Counted from the whole stretch's first letter, positions 46,450-60,545 are shown. The stretch: 63,883 nucleotides of DNA, filler included, from Octopus bimaculoides (GCF_001194135.2; 7 parts of 6 records of this genome joined end to end with filler, not necessarily neighbours in it), one strand, 5' to 3'. Numbers and translations are program-made. The notes: generated by a model not told the origin, from the sequence alone.

Positions 46450-47040
46450 NNNNNNNNNNNNNNNNNNNNNNNNNNNNNNNNNNNNNNNNNNNNNNNNNNN
46501 NNNNNNNNNNNNNNNNNNNNNNNNNNNNNNNNNNNNNNNNNNNNNNNNNNNNNNNNNNNNNNNNNNNNNNNNNNNNNNNNNNNNNNNNNNNNNNNNNNNN
46601 NNNNNNNNNNNNNNNNNNNNNNNNNNNNNNNNNNNNNNNNNNNNNNNNNNNNNNNNNNNNNNNNNNNNNNNNNNNNNNNNNNNNNNNNNNNNNNNNNNNN
46701 NNNNNNNNNNNNNNNNNNNNNNNNNNNNNNNNNNNNNNNNNNNNNNNNNNNNNNNNNNNNNNNNNNNNNNNNNNNNNNNNNNNNNNNNNNNNNNNNNNNN
46801 NNNNNNNNNNNNNNNNNNNNNNNNNNNNNNNNNNNNNNNNGTTATTTGGTGAACATTCAACGCTGAAAAGAAAAATTAGTGTTTCAACTCTGTGTGAGTA
46901 TATGTGTGCATGTGTGTGCGTGTACAAGGGAAGTATGTGAATGTTTGTATGTGTGATTATTATGTACCTTATTTTGTATCTTATTTATATATAAAATACT
47001 ACAATTAGCTGTCATTTTTAACGCCACGGTGTCAGCTAGT

Positions 47041-47110
47041 ATCTATATATATAAAAATGAGAATGTGTGTCTGTCTGTCTGTCTGTNNNNNNNNNNGTGT
47101 GTCTGTCTGT
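47041..47110 (+). mobile_element. Helitron-like 5' end (atctatatatataaaaatgagaatg + (CTGT)n)
   Basis: TC start with CTGT microsatellite, directly after a gctagt end; resembles Lep1-type Helitrons. Confidence 0.45.
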
Positions 47111-47380
47111 GTGTCTGTGTCTGTATCTGTGTTTTCCTCCCACCATCGTTTGACAACCAATGTTGGCGTGTCTACGTCCCCGTAACCTAGTGGTTCGACA
47201 AAAAGAGAACGATAGAATAAGTACTAGGCTTACAAAGAATAATTCCTTACAAAGAATAATTCCTTGAGTCGATTCGTTCGACTAAATGCTCCAGCAAAGC
47301 CACAGTCAAATGACTGAAACAAATAAAAGAATAAAAGAATATATATATATATATATATATCAGCTGAATTTATATATATG

Positions 47381-47575
47381 TATACTAGCTGGTGTATCCG
47401 GTAATTCCCGGGGATAAAGATGTTCTATTGAAACGCCTTATTACTCTGATATAAGAAAGCAATTTCGCTATAACTGCCACAAATGGTGTATTTTCCGTCA
47501 CGAAAAAGTACAAAAACTCTCAGCTGGAGGTGGAAGAGATTGTTGGAGGTTGGTGAGAGAGGTTTTCGGAGGTTG
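47381..47575 (+). mobile_element. Helitron-like 5' end (tatactag...ccggtaattcccggg)
   Basis: Subterminal motif resembles the reverse complement of the 43983-43997 motif. Confidence 0.4.
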
Positions 47576-47879
47576 NNNNNNNNNNNNNNNNNNNNNNNNN
47601 NNNNNNNNNNNNNNNNNNNTTAATTAATTAANNNNNNNNNNNNNNNNNNNNNNNNNNNNNNNNNNNNNNNNNNNNTATATATATATATACATATATATAT
47701 ATCATATGTTAATATGTAGTTAACGTGCATGTCAGTATCTACCTGCGCACACACATATTTATATATACATATATACAGGCAAATACACTCAAATATTTGT
47801 ACAAGCTAGAGATTCAGTTCTCTGCTTCTTTATTTATTTAACTGAAGCACATCCACAGAATGGAAACTAAGTATAACGA

Positions 47880-48780
47880 TGTTATATTATTTTACTGATG
47901 GTGAATGCATGATCGATTGCTACTAGTCTGCTTAGCACCCGTTTTACATGTAACGAACACACATTTACGAGAGTTGACTGAAAAGTTCATACGCTTAGCA
48001 AAACTCTCATGGAAGGTTACCAAATGAAATTTATTTTTCAGCATTGTCTCTCTTTGCGGTCCTCGTATTGTTTCCATCTGTATTGCAGTGCTTGGATCTC
48101 ATTTGCAAAGAAACTTTCACCCAGTTAGTCAAGAAAAGTCATCAACTGCATGACGTCATCATCAATGCGATACTGAATCCAAGCCAAATGTTTCTTTTTT
48201 CGTGTTGGGGAACAGATGATAGAGGGGTCTAAATCAGGAGAATATGGACGATTATCAACTAGTTCAAAGCCACAGTCACGCACAGTAGGCATTGAAAGCA
48301 AGGACTTGTGTGCTGGGACGATGTTCTGGTGAAACAAGGCACCTTTCGCCAATTTTTCAGGCCTTGATAGCTTTTCGTAGCTGCCTCAGCAAGTTGGCAT
48401 ACTATTCTCCATTGATAATGTGGCTCTTTTGAAGGTAGTCAATAAACACAATGCCTTTTGCATCCCAAACAACTGAGGCCACCATCTTCTTTGTAGGTGA
48501 AACGACGTTGACCTACTTCGGAGCAGGTGAGGAGAGGTTCTTCCACTACAGGGATTTTCTCTTTGCCTCTGGCTTAAAGTGATGAAGGCAACACTCATCT
48601 TGGGTTTGTAAACGTTCAAAGAAACCAGGTGCATCTGCCTTAAAAAAAGGAAGAATTTGCAGTGATGTGATCAGTCTGGTGCACTTTTGATCAGGTGTCA
48701 GAAGACGTGGTACACACCGAGCAGAAACTTTCACCCATTCCAAGTTCATTTTGCAGAATCTCTCACCCCCACACACTTAA
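47880..48780 (-). mobile_element. Mariner transposase remnant
   Basis: KVSARCVPRLLTPDQK...FFERLQTQDECCLHHFKPE and RPYSPDLDPS motifs, broken by frameshifts. Confidence 0.85.
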
Positions 48781-49658
48781 GGGGTATGCTAATAGCATTG
48801 ACTATTTGGTTTATAAACAATCACCTGTCGTCTTGGTCTCGATAAGTAAAGACGGATGAAATGCCGCTAAGCTTTTTGTCCGCTTTAACCGTATGTAGTA
48901 ATAATAAATTCTAACCCATGTATGAGGTTACAAATACAGAGGTAGACATTACTCGGACGCTTGCTTAGTATATTTTATCGACTTCGAAAGGATGAAAGAA
49001 CTTCAACGCGATTTGAACTTTAAGCGTAAAGAGCCGGTACGCAATTTGCAAGGCATTTTTTCTGATACTCTAACGGTTCTTACAATCACTACCACTTTGA
49101 CCACATGTAGCATTTATGTTAATGATTATCAGGAAGAAAGATTACTCCAATATGGATATTGAACCTCAAAATCTCTTTAATGCAAACATGTAAATATTGA
49201 AACATTCAGAGTGAAATTTCACAATATAAATTGGCTGCATTCAGAAAGTTAAGAAGTTCAGTCTGTCACTTTGATTATAATTATCAACCAATTGGGATTT
49301 AAAATCAAAATGCTAATTAATACCACTGGGTCTAATTATTTAAAAATGAGGATCATACTTCAAAATTCACGATAATGTAAATTATTGTATGGCTATACAT
49401 CTTCTAAAATTCGCATTTTACCATATAACACCCAATGGAAACACATTGACTAAGTTGAAATATTAAACAGCTGCCGAACTCAAGGAACTTTGAGTAAACT
49501 AAAATGACAAAATAACGGCTTTAATTTACTGCAATTCGATGACATTTACAGAAATAATGCTAAATAATGTAATGATACGGATAGAAACTATACACAGGAG
49601 AAAACGCACAGCTTATAAAGTGGTACAATATTTTCAAAAATACTTAAAGGATATGTCT

Positions 49659-50785
49659 GTTGGTTCCACTGATAAAAGCTGGTGCGCTTACACGTTGTGC
49701 ATTACTTCCCTTCGTATGTGATTTGGCAGCCGCACGTATGAGCGTGCAACTTAATCTAATTCGGAAATTTATGGTTTACGAGTTCAAGCTGGGCCATGAC
49801 GTCTCGGAAGCAGCCAAAGACATTTGTCGAAACTCGATGATCAGGTAAGGTCAGGTAGGACTTTAGCGGTGTATTCCGGGGCAGTACTTGAATCTATAGA
49901 GGCAAATCCGGTGAGTAGCCCTCGTAGAGTATCAGGCAAGCTCAACATATCACAGTCCAGTGTGGTTCGTTACTTTCACGACCTCGGCAAAAGCATCCGG
50001 AGCTACCGAATTGTACCTTACGAATTTACCCCAGCTCAAGCTCGGAGGCGAGTGGATGTTTGCAAGGAACTCTTGAAAAATCCGCGTGGTCTGCTTTTCT
50101 TTAAGAGGATAATAACGTGCGAAGGAACGTAGATATTTTTCCGAAATTCTAACATGCATAAGCAGTGGTCAAGCAAGTTTCAGCTTCCAGAATATGTCGC
50201 CAAACGTGGGTGTTTCGAATACAAGGTGATACTCTGCGTCTGATGGAATTATGAGAAAATAATTCACTAGGAGTTGGTTCTGGACAGTCGAACTATCTAT
50301 GCCAACCTGTACGCTGAACAACTAGAGCAGATGTATGCTACCGTGCGGCAAAAATACCTTGCATTGATTGAAAGAAACCGAGCCCTTTTGCAGCAAGGCA
50401 ACGTGAGACAACACAAGACAACGTAAAACAACGCAAGAACACCTGAAAGACTCGGAATAAAATCGAAGAACTTGAGGGAATCGAACTGATGCCACACCCA
50501 GTATATAGTCTAAACCTAACTCAACCAAGAGGAGGTGGAGGTTGGAAGCAAGAGTTCTTCGCTTCCAAGGACCGGAATCATTATGAACATGGGATCAAAG
50601 AAGTGGTAGAAAAATAGATTCAGACGATGCAACATGACGGCCTCTACATCGAATGCTTGGCTGCTATCGTTGTAATTTAAAGAATACGGCAAATTAGTAA
50701 CCAAATCATTGCAAAAATTTTGATCTAATCGTGTAACTGCGAGGAATTGCGTGATATGCAACTGAAAAATTGATTCCAATCCCTA
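49659..50785 (+). mobile_element. Mariner transposase remnant
   Basis: IRKFMVYEFKLGH...DDQVRSGR...VPYEFTPAQ...FFKRIITCEG...PHPVYS; many stops. Confidence 0.85.
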
Positions 50786-51078
50786 AAAAACTTGTCAACA
50801 ACACTTAAATTTCAGATTGTCATTACAGGAAAGAATAAACTGCGCCATCTATCAATTCCAGCGTCAGTTTGTGTTTGGTTGGACAGTTCGTGTACAGTTA
50901 CAGAGTTTTACGTCATAGATTAATAGCCTCATCTCTGAATAAATACAGAAAAGAAATTAATTGTTGTTTTGTAAGAACATAAGTTTTCTAAAGTATATTT
51001 ACGATTTCTGTTTTCGACTTAAATTTCTAAGTTATTTTCGGGATATGGAACATGATAGTGTGGTGTTATCTAAGAGTG

Positions 51079-51150
<72 letters not shown>

Positions 51151-51565
51151 GCAATGACGGCCGTAGTATAACTCAACTTGGTTGCTGGATTTGCAGGATA
51201 TAACAGCCAAATCTCCTTCAAATCACGCATTCCCGTCTTAAAAAAGGACACATTGGTCCATGTAATGCTAGATACATTATGTCTAAAAATAAAGAAAAAT
51301 GACGGTATAGCCATGGATTCAATAGTCATAACCCTTCTCGAATCAAGCTAAACAACACCACCGGCACCACCTGCACCACCTGCACCACCACCAACACAAA
51401 AAAAACAGCACCGCCTCACTACCACTGCCAATAAAAATACCAGGAACAAAAATGAATATTGCGAGATTTGAAATTCTTAAATATTTATAAGGTGTTATAA
51501 AGAATGAGTATATACACTGAAGCTAATTGTGATTCTCATTCTAAGTAAAAGTCCCACATATCTTT

Positions 51566-51633
51566 TCATTTCATTTCTTTTACATTTCATTTCTTTTACA
51601 TTTCATTTCTTTTACATTTCATTTCTTTTACAT
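51566..51633. repeat. 16-bp tandem repeat (tttcatttcttttaca) about x4
   Basis: Read directly. Confidence 0.9.
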
Positions 51634-52449
51634 TATAAGTAAAAGTCCAAGATTTCCGCTATGAATTTCATGCTTACGAAGATAGTATATTTTATAGTGA
51701 TGTTCAATTAGTAATTATGTCGTAGAGTGGGCTGGCAGGAAACCATCAATAGTTCAATGCATGTGACCTGATGAAATATACAGCTGCAACAAGTTTTCTT
51801 CCGCATCTCTCTCGCCTTATGTGTGCATGTATTTATATATCCGTGTGTGTGCATGTATTTATATNNNNNNNNNNNNNNNNNNNNNNNNNNNNNTATATAT
51901 ATATATATGTATGTATGTATGTATACGTATAAATGCAATAATACATTTTTCCATTCCTTTTATTATTCTTCCTGTTCTATCCACTGAAGCGTGGACGAAC
52001 AAGTCGACACAGGAGCTTTTTCAGACTAGTACTTATTCCATCGCTTTGTGTTTGGTCGAACCGCTATGTTGCGGCGGTGCTTACAGACCAACTTCAGTTG
52101 CTAAGTATTGGGGAACAATAACAAAGACACACACTCGTATATATACACAGGCTCATATATTCGACGGAATTCCTCTAAGTTTCCATTTGACAATTTTATT
52201 CATAAGGCAGTAGAGATTAATTCGAAACTTCATGATTGCGAAGCTATCTTCATGACCATCGAGCCATTTCCAGTGTGTGTGTGTGTGTGTGTGTATTTAT
52301 GTATGTGTATATATATAATTATATATATATATATATTACNNNNNNNNNNNNNNNNNNNNNNNNNNNNNNNNNNNNNNNNNNNNTTAATTAATTAANNNNN
52401 NNNNNNNNNNNNNNNNNNNNNNNNNNNNNNNNNNNNNNNTATATATATT

Positions 52450-52776
52450 TGAGCACCATCTTTAGTCGAGCAAATCGACCCCAGGACTTATTCTTTGTAA
52501 GCCTAGTACTTATTCTATCGGGCTCTTTTGCCGAACCACTAAGTTATGGAACGTAAACACACCAGCAACGGTTGTCAAGCGATGCTGGGAGGACAAACAC
52601 AGACACACAAACATATACATACATATATATACATATATTCGACGGGCTTCTTTCAGATTCTGTCTATCAAATCCACTCACAAGGCTTTGGTAGGCCCGAG
52701 GCTATAGTAGAAGATACTTGCCCAAGGTGCCACACAGTGGGACTGAACCCTGAACCATGTGGTTGGTAAGCAAGCA
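52450..52776 (-). mobile_element. SINE family B
   Basis: Consensus match by eye. Confidence 0.8.
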
Positions 52777-52844
52777 ACTTGTTTTTATTATTATTATTAT
52801 TATTATCATTATTATAAAAAGATGGGCTACAGCAAATACCACAG

Positions 52845-53288
52845 ATAATACCACAGATTTGTTTGTCAGTTGTTTGACCTTAACTCGTTGAGCATGTCCC
52901 TTGGTGGCTGACGATATGTGCATCTCTGATCATGAGCAGAAGTAGTGGGGGAGCATCATAGCCATGTGTCGAGAGGAATTCTTTGGGGTTTGAATAATTC
53001 ACCTTTCGAAACATGGGTGTTTTTCTCAACATCCTTAAACAAACCTTATTAAGGGACCATTTCAGCGGGATGGGCTACTCGACCTGAAGAAAATTCTAAC
53101 TGGGCCCCCACTTCCAAGGTTCTGCGCTGTTTATCTTGATGTGAGACCACTATTTCGCGCAGATATGGTTGTGGTGCATGTGCCTGGTGTACCCTTATCA
53201 GANNNNNNNNNNTAGTCATGATGGGTATATTGGGCTTCGTATATTTTACCCCAGTGTCACTTTGATGGCATGCACTGCTCTCTCACTC

Positions 53289-53292
<4 letters not shown>
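52845..53292 (+). mobile_element. Longer copy of the (AAT)n-tailed retroposon family
   Basis: See 41224-41502. Confidence 0.6.
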
Positions 53293-53350
<58 letters not shown>

Positions 53351-54137
53351 GAACAAATAGTGGAGTCAAGTCAATTTCTTATACTAAACCCTTGAAGATG
53401 ATTCCTCACCATAGCCGTAGTCCAGTGACCAAAACAAGTAGAAGATAAAAGATGCAACAATACAACTGCGCCAAATCTGGTTTCCTTTTCCAAGACGATT
53501 ATGTGTTATTTGAGACATATTTGGTTGATATCTTTAGCAAATTGAGCAACCACATAGAAGTTCTTTAGCAAGCTTGAACTGCGTTGCTGGTTGTATCTAT
53601 ATGCGCCAACGTGTTTCTCAATATACCTGGACATTATGTCGAGAGACTTCGCACATTCTGGAATTACAATGACTGCTGTTAATCATATCGTATAACCATC
53701 TGCCGTCTTTGTGTAAGTAAACGTATTTCTTAAGATATACAGTTAATATTTCAAGTTAGTTTTGCACTCTTAAATATTATTATGACCAATGTCTGAAAGA
53801 TATTGCGTTACCAGCTGCCTATCTGTGTGTGTGGACATATTTAACAAACATGAGGATTAATTAGAAATAACAGACGGATATTGCGAAAAAAATCATTACT
53901 TCACTAGCTTAAAAGACTTGCTTCTCAACCACATGGTTCCGGGTTCAGTTCCACTCCGTAGCACCTTGGGCAAGTGTCTTCCACTGTAGTCTCGCGCCGC
54001 CCAAATTTATGTGACTGGACGTGGTATACGGAAAGTCAAAAAAGTTAAAAGAAAGACCCTTCATCAGTTGTCCCTGTTCCATCTACTCCGCGTTTCGAAG
54101 GCAAGTACAATACGCGACTTCGTTGGAACAGTCTTTC

Positions 54138-54495
54138 CCGCAAAGCAAATTAAATAAAATTTGGAATTTTTTGCGGAGGGTGAAAGTGTTAACAAGAACA
54201 GGACAGTGAGACACTTCCCTCTCTCTCACTCTTCCCCCTTGACCCTCTCGTCGCTGACACGTGACGAAAAGGATTCTTTCTTTCTATCCGCTGGCTGCTT
54301 ATAGAGAAGACGTGATTTTTCTGTCTCTTGTCTCTTCTCTCATTCACGTCTACTAGCGTTCAAAAAATAATAATTTTCCGATCGTCTTGGCCTAACAGCC
54401 CTTATTGTTTGTTTTTACTGTCTCACTGTCCTGTTCTTGTTAACACTTTCACCCTCCGCAAAAAAACTCCAAACTTCATTTAATTTGCTTTGCGG
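54138..54495. mobile_element. MITE/foldback with long inverted arms running into a gap
   Basis: 54138-54212 is the reverse complement of 54419-54495. Confidence 0.7.
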
Positions 54496-55679
54496 NNNNN
54501 NNNNNNNNNNNNNNNNNNNNNNNNNNNNNNNNNNNNNNNNNNNNNNNNNNNNNNNNNNNNNNNNNNNNNNNNNNNNNNNNNNNNNNNNNNNNNNNNNNNN
54601 NNNNNNNNNNNNNNNNNNNNNNNNNNNNNNNNNNNNNNNNNNNNNNNNNNNNNNNNNNNNNNNNNNNNNNNNNNNNNNNNNNNNNNNNNNNNNNNNNNNN
54701 NNNNNNNNNNNNNNNNNNNNNNNNNNNNNNNNNNATATGCATATATTTATATATTATTTATATTATTATATATGACCGAAAGCCCCGCATCTTTCCTCCA
54801 AGTAAGTTTTATTTATATATATATATATATATATCTAATACAGAATGGGACAAGAACGCAAAACATCCAGGCAGGTGACAACAAGGGACAACAAAACATC
54901 CAGACAGACGATACAACGAAAACAAGGACAGGTTATTCGGAGTTTTCTTTCCTCAGTCGAGTTCCAGATTATCATTGCAATTTCGGCTGGTTATACTCGA
55001 GATTGCTCCAATCTGGTCAGCCTCAAGGAAGAAAGTAAGCTAAGTGCATTAGATTACTTGGAAGAGAGTAACGAAGGAATACGAAAAGAAGGACCAAAAC
55101 AACGGAGAAATGTCACACAAATGCAAATGATAGGATATAACGACAGGTGTCTTTCGACTAAGGATGAGTTAAATTAAGCTGGTATGCGTGGAAGTAAAGC
55201 CTTACGGCAGGGACATACTATTTGACAGGCACAGGGAAGAATATAGATGTTGCACAGATGGTAGTCGAACCACGAAAGGTCAGGCTTGCCTGAACACCGG
55301 TCACGTGGGGGGAAGAAGAGAGAGAGTGAGAGGCAGAGGGATAGAAGAATTAACAAGGGGCGAGAAAAAATGAAAGGGACAGAGAGAAGTGAAAGAGGAG
55401 GGAAAGTGAGGATGAAGAGAAGGTCAGGAAATTTGAGAGAGGGGGAACTAATGAACGAAGCAAGTGTGAAAGGGCTGATAGAAAGAAGAAAAGAATGAAA
55501 GAATAGGAAGAAAAATAGAGGCGTACAAAATTTAGTTATACATATATTCTTACATATAAGACACCAAAGTGTACGTACGCCGCTATATTTTTATATATAA
55601 AAAATACAAAAATGGGACAAGAACGCAAAACATCCAGACATTCAGATGATACAAAAGGAACAAAACATCCAGTCAGACG

Positions 55680-55712
<33 letters not shown>

Positions 55713-57819
55713 NNNNNNNNNNNNNNNNNNNNNNNNNNNNNNNNNNNNNNNNNNNNTTAATTAATTAANNNNNNNNNNNNNNNNNNNNNNNNNNNNNNNN
55801 NNNNNNNNNNNNTATATATATGTATGTATGTATGCATTTATGTATATATGTATATATGTATGGTTATATATGCGTATGTATATCTATTTATTCATCTGTC
55901 TGTGTGTGTGAGTGTGTGCGGCGGGGTGTACATCACATATAATATATAGAACATACAGGATTATAGACACGGTTGATGGAAAGAGAAGCTTGATCCTAGA
56001 AAAGCAGTTTTAATGTCCACAGTTTCCAGTGGAGTTATGTTTTATTGTGTTCTGTGCTCCAGATCAATGATAAATTTTCACAAAACCATATTCTTTCATC
56101 GGACGTTTTACGCGTCTTGCTCTCGTTATGAAGAATTTATTCATGCTTCATCGATGAATATTTCTGAAGGAAATTGGAAATTACACAAATGTCATTGTTG
56201 TTCTGTAGCATGGTTTAGGATGTGCTATGTTCTGTAAAATTATATCTGCTCGTGTCAATATATTTATATATATACATATATNNNNNNNNNNNNNNNNNNN
56301 NNNNNNNNNNNNNNNNNNNNNNNNNNNNNNNNNNNNNNNNNNNNNNNNNNNNNNNNNNNNNNNNNNNNNNNNNNNNNNNNNNNNNNNNNNNNNNNNNNNN
56401 NNNNNNNNNNNNNNNNNNNNNNNNNNNNNNNNNNNNNNNNNNNNNNNNNNNNNNNNNNNNNNNNNNNNNNNNNNNNNNNNNNNNNNNNNNNNNNNNNNNN
56501 NNNNNNNNNNNNNNNNNNNNNNNNNNNNNNNNNNNNNNNNNNNNNNNNNNNNNNNNNNNNNNNNNNNNNNNNNNNNNNNNNNNNNNNNNNNNNNNNNNNN
56601 NNNNNNNNNNNNNNNNNNNNNNNNNNNNNNNNNNNNNNNNNNNNNNNNNNNNNNNNNNNNNNNNNNNNNNNNNNNNNNNNNNNNNNNNNNNNNNNNNNNN
56701 NNNNNNNNNNNNNNNNNNNNNNNNNNNNNNNNNNNNNNNNNNNNNNNNNNNNNNNNNNNNNNNNNNNNNNNNNNNNNNNNNNNNNNNNNNNNNNNNNNNN
56801 NNNNNNNNNNNNNNNNNNNNNNNNNNNNNNNNNNNNNNNNNNNNNNNNNNNNNNNNNNNNNNNNNNNNNNNNNNNNNNNNNNNNNNNNNNNNNNNNNNNN
56901 NNNNNNNNNNNNNNNNNNNNNNNNNNNNNNNNNNNNNNNNNNGTGTGTGTGTGTGTGTGTGTATGTGTGTGTGTGTGTGTGTACATGTATATATATAATG
57001 TGTGTGTATATGTTTGTGTGTCTGTGTTTGGCCCCCACCATCACTTGACAACCGATGTTGGTGTGTTCACGTCCCCGTAACTTAGCGGTTCGGCAAAAAA
57101 GAGACCGATAGAATAAGTACTAGGCTTAGGAAGAATAAGTCCTGGGGGTTTATTTGTTCGACTTAAAGGCGGTGCTCCAGCACGGCCGCAGTCAAATGAC
57201 TGAAACAAATAAAAGAATAAAAGAATTAAAGAATATCTATGTATATGTATTCCCATATGCGCGTCCTACATACATGCTAATTAGTTCTAAAGACAAAATA
57301 AGCAAAGTAGAATAAAGAATTAAAAAAATACACGCTCATGTATCTATTTGTATATGCACATATGCACAGCTCTTACAAGTATTCAAAATGTCTGCAAAAA
57401 ACGGAAATAGATAATGACATGATACAGCAAAATAGAATAAAACATTATCATATGTAGTCATATGATTAAAACAGGATATATGGACGCATATACACTTACA
57501 ACAAACATTAATTACGACGAATGAATTAAAACAGTAATACCATCTTCTCGTGTGAAATATGGAAGAAATGCAATAATTATATAAATATATTTAACACTTC
57601 CGTATACAGACAAAAACCGAGACATTTATAGGCGCAGGAGTGGTTGTGGGGTAAGAAGCTTGCTTACCAGCCACATGGTTCCGGGTTCAGTCCCACTGAG
57701 TGGCACCTTGGGGAAGTGTCTTCTACTATAGCCTTCTACTATATATGCGTACGTGTGTGTATGTATGAATGTATGTATGTATGCATCTATCTATCTATCT
57801 ATATATATATATATACACT

Positions 57820-58388
57820 TTTTTTTACTTGTTTCAGTCATTTGACTGCGGCCATGCTGGAGCACCGCCTTTTAGTCGAGGAAATCGACCCCAGGACTTA
57901 TTCTTTGTAAGCCTAGTACTTATTCTAGCGGTCTCNNNNNNNNNNNNNNNNNNNNNNNNNNNNNNNNNNNNNNNNNNNNNNNNNNNNNNNNNNNNNNNNN
58001 NNNNNNNNNNNNNNNNNNNNNNNNNNNNNNNNNNNNNNNNNNNNNNNNNNNNNNNNNNNNNNNNNNNNNNNNNNNNNNNNNNNNNNNNNNNNNNNNNNNN
58101 NNNNNNNNNNNNNNNNNNNNNNNNNNNNNNNNNNNNNNNNNNNNNNNNNNNNNNNNNNNNNNNNNNNNNNNNNNNNNNNNNNNNNNNNNNNNNNNNNNNN
58201 NNNNNNNNTATATATATATATATACATATATACGACGGTCTTCTTTCAGTTTCCGTCTACCAAATCCACTCACAAGGCTTTGGTCGGCCCGAGGCTATAG
58301 TAGAAGACACTTGCCCAAGGTGCCACGCAGTGGGACTGAACCCGGAACCATGTGGTTGGTATGCAAGCTACTTACCACACAGCCACTC
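57820..58388 (-). mobile_element. SINE family B spanning a gap (partials also at 344-490, 20340-20500, 47095-47338, 53900-54000, 57000-57230, 57630-57735)
   Basis: Consensus match by eye. Confidence 0.75.
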
Positions 58389-60249
58389 CATATATATATA
58401 TAAAATTCTTACAGCCGCAAATATTTCTGGATTAGTACTAAGATTGATTACATCAGTATTAGGGTGTAATTGATATTCTTTTAATTGACCCGGCGTGGTT
58501 TAAGCATAGAATACTAGACTAAGTGTAATCAGTTATCCGCCCTACCGCTCCTGTTTCTCTCACATGATATTGTTTTAAATATCAAAAGCCTACGCTTAAC
58601 AGAGGCCAAACACTATACACTTAGTTACATAACAATGATGGTATTTTCTAGAAACTAAAACTAACAATAACCGTATCATAATTGGAAAGTCTTATATGAA
58701 TACAATGCGTGAAGATTTTGCTGACGTGTCAGGATAATAAATTAAATAATATAGTAGGAGCTGCAGTATTGCTTTTTTTCTATTGTAAGGATATATAGTT
58801 ATATTGTCGTCTCTACGCGACGTTGAGTAATCCTGAAGGATGTCTGATGATTAGTAGGGGGATTTTTTTTTAAGTAAAGGCGAGTTGCGCAGCATCAACC
58901 TCATTCTCTCATCTGTGACCACCTTCAATCCAGTAGCAAGATCAGGTTAAGATAACTGACGCACAAAGCGCAAAGGCGCAAAGCACAAACCCTCACTGAC
59001 TTGAGTGTACCTTGGTAAAGAAAGAAAGGCCATGAAAGTCAACCTCAACAGCAAATCAGGATTGGAGTCCCTCAAGCAGCCCTGTGCCCATTTTGTCACC
59101 CTTGTAGCAACTCCAGGCTCGGTGGAGCCCTTCAGCCCCGTGAGGCAATTCACCAAGTAGAAGGCCACGCCAATGTAAAACTTACAGCTTGTTGGTCACC
59201 AGAGTCCTTTCACTGGATCTCCAAGTCTAAAAAGTGGCAAGATCAGGTTAAGATAACTGTTAAGATGGATCCAGTAGAGGACCAAGATGTTTTACTTGCT
59301 TCATTTGCCTCTTTGCATTGTGCATTGTTGTAGCTGTCTTCCAACTTATTGGACCATGAAAGTTTCTTCCGCAGAGTCTGCCGGATCCAGTTTTCACATA
59401 CATAAGTAGCAAGCCCTAATATGCTAATTAACCCATAGATGGGACCTTGACACATTTCGTGTCAGAATAGACCTGGGAACAATAGTGACGAAGATGTGGT
59501 TCCACAACCTTCAAAACCCTGAAATTTCCGAACTAGAGCTCCACTATCGGCCTTTGGAATGTCATCCTTACATTTGACACCCTTGTGGCAACTCCACGCT
59601 AGGTGGATCCATCCCGCCCTCCAGTCAATGTAAAACTTACAGCTTGTTGGTCACCAGAGTTCTTTCGCTGGATCTCCAAGTCTAAAAAGTACGGTCAGGT
59701 TGCGCGGAACTACTTTCATTTTAAAACTACTAAACGGTTTAAGAAAAGCTTTGCCGCGTCAAGAATCAGTTCACATAGACCCTTGAGGGCTTGCCGCTCT
59801 TCCTTATTATCTGGAGACACGAAGAAACAACCTCTATTATCAATTCTGACCGTTACACAAAGACATAGTGAAACTGGACATTCTTTCTCTTTTTCTTTCT
59901 CATTTCTTTCCCCCCACCCCCGCCCACCGCCATCTCTCTCTTTTCTTCTCTATCTCGCTGTCTCTTTTATATCACGCTCGGATACGTTTACTAGGCCATT
60001 CAACATAAGTGTTGGTTCTGCGAAAACACGTGTGCGGCAGTGTATGTTGCGATTGACGTAGGTGAGGTTGTCATGGTTACGGGCCAAGAATTTCATTGTA
60101 TCTATTTCCTTACAGCTCAACGGATATTAATTTTATACATTTTTTGAAATGTTCTCCTTAAGAATTCAACAATAACGTCAGCATGGTTATTCTAAGCAAA
60201 AACATATTCCTTAAATATACACAAACATACATATTTACACATTTGTGCC

Positions 60250-60545
60250 ATGTATATATATGTGTGTATGTATGTATATGTAAATATTTATATGTATATA
60301 TGTGTGCATACACGCACATATGTACATGCACATATACATATATATGTACATAATTATATAAATGCACATACGTATTTATATATGCATGTGTGTATGTGTA
60401 TGTATGTGTATGTGTATGTGTATGTATGTGTATGTATGTGTATGTATGTGTATGTATGTATGTATGTATGTATGTATGTATGTATGTATGTATGTGTATG
60501 TATGTGTATGTGTATGTATATATAAGCATATGTACGTGTATGTAT
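60250..60545. repeat. Compound (TATG)n/(TG)n/(TA)n microsatellite (others: (TG)n 281-336, (ATT)n 11457-11510, (AAT)n(GAT)n 41503-41601, (ACT)n 51079-51150, (TCTA)n 63735-63810)
   Basis: Read directly. Confidence 0.95.

Noticed and set aside
51765-51800. CTGATGA motif
   Set aside because: No stem II or GAAA follows.
53644-53715. Possible isolated minus-strand exon (DGRWLYDMINSSHCNSRMCEVSRHNVQ)
   Set aside because: Weak splice sites, no partner exons, no recognisable homology.
54055-54100. CUGAUGA and GAAAC on the minus strand (permuted hammerhead)
   Set aside because: Stem II pairs only out of register, and no stem I/NUH arrangement could be built.
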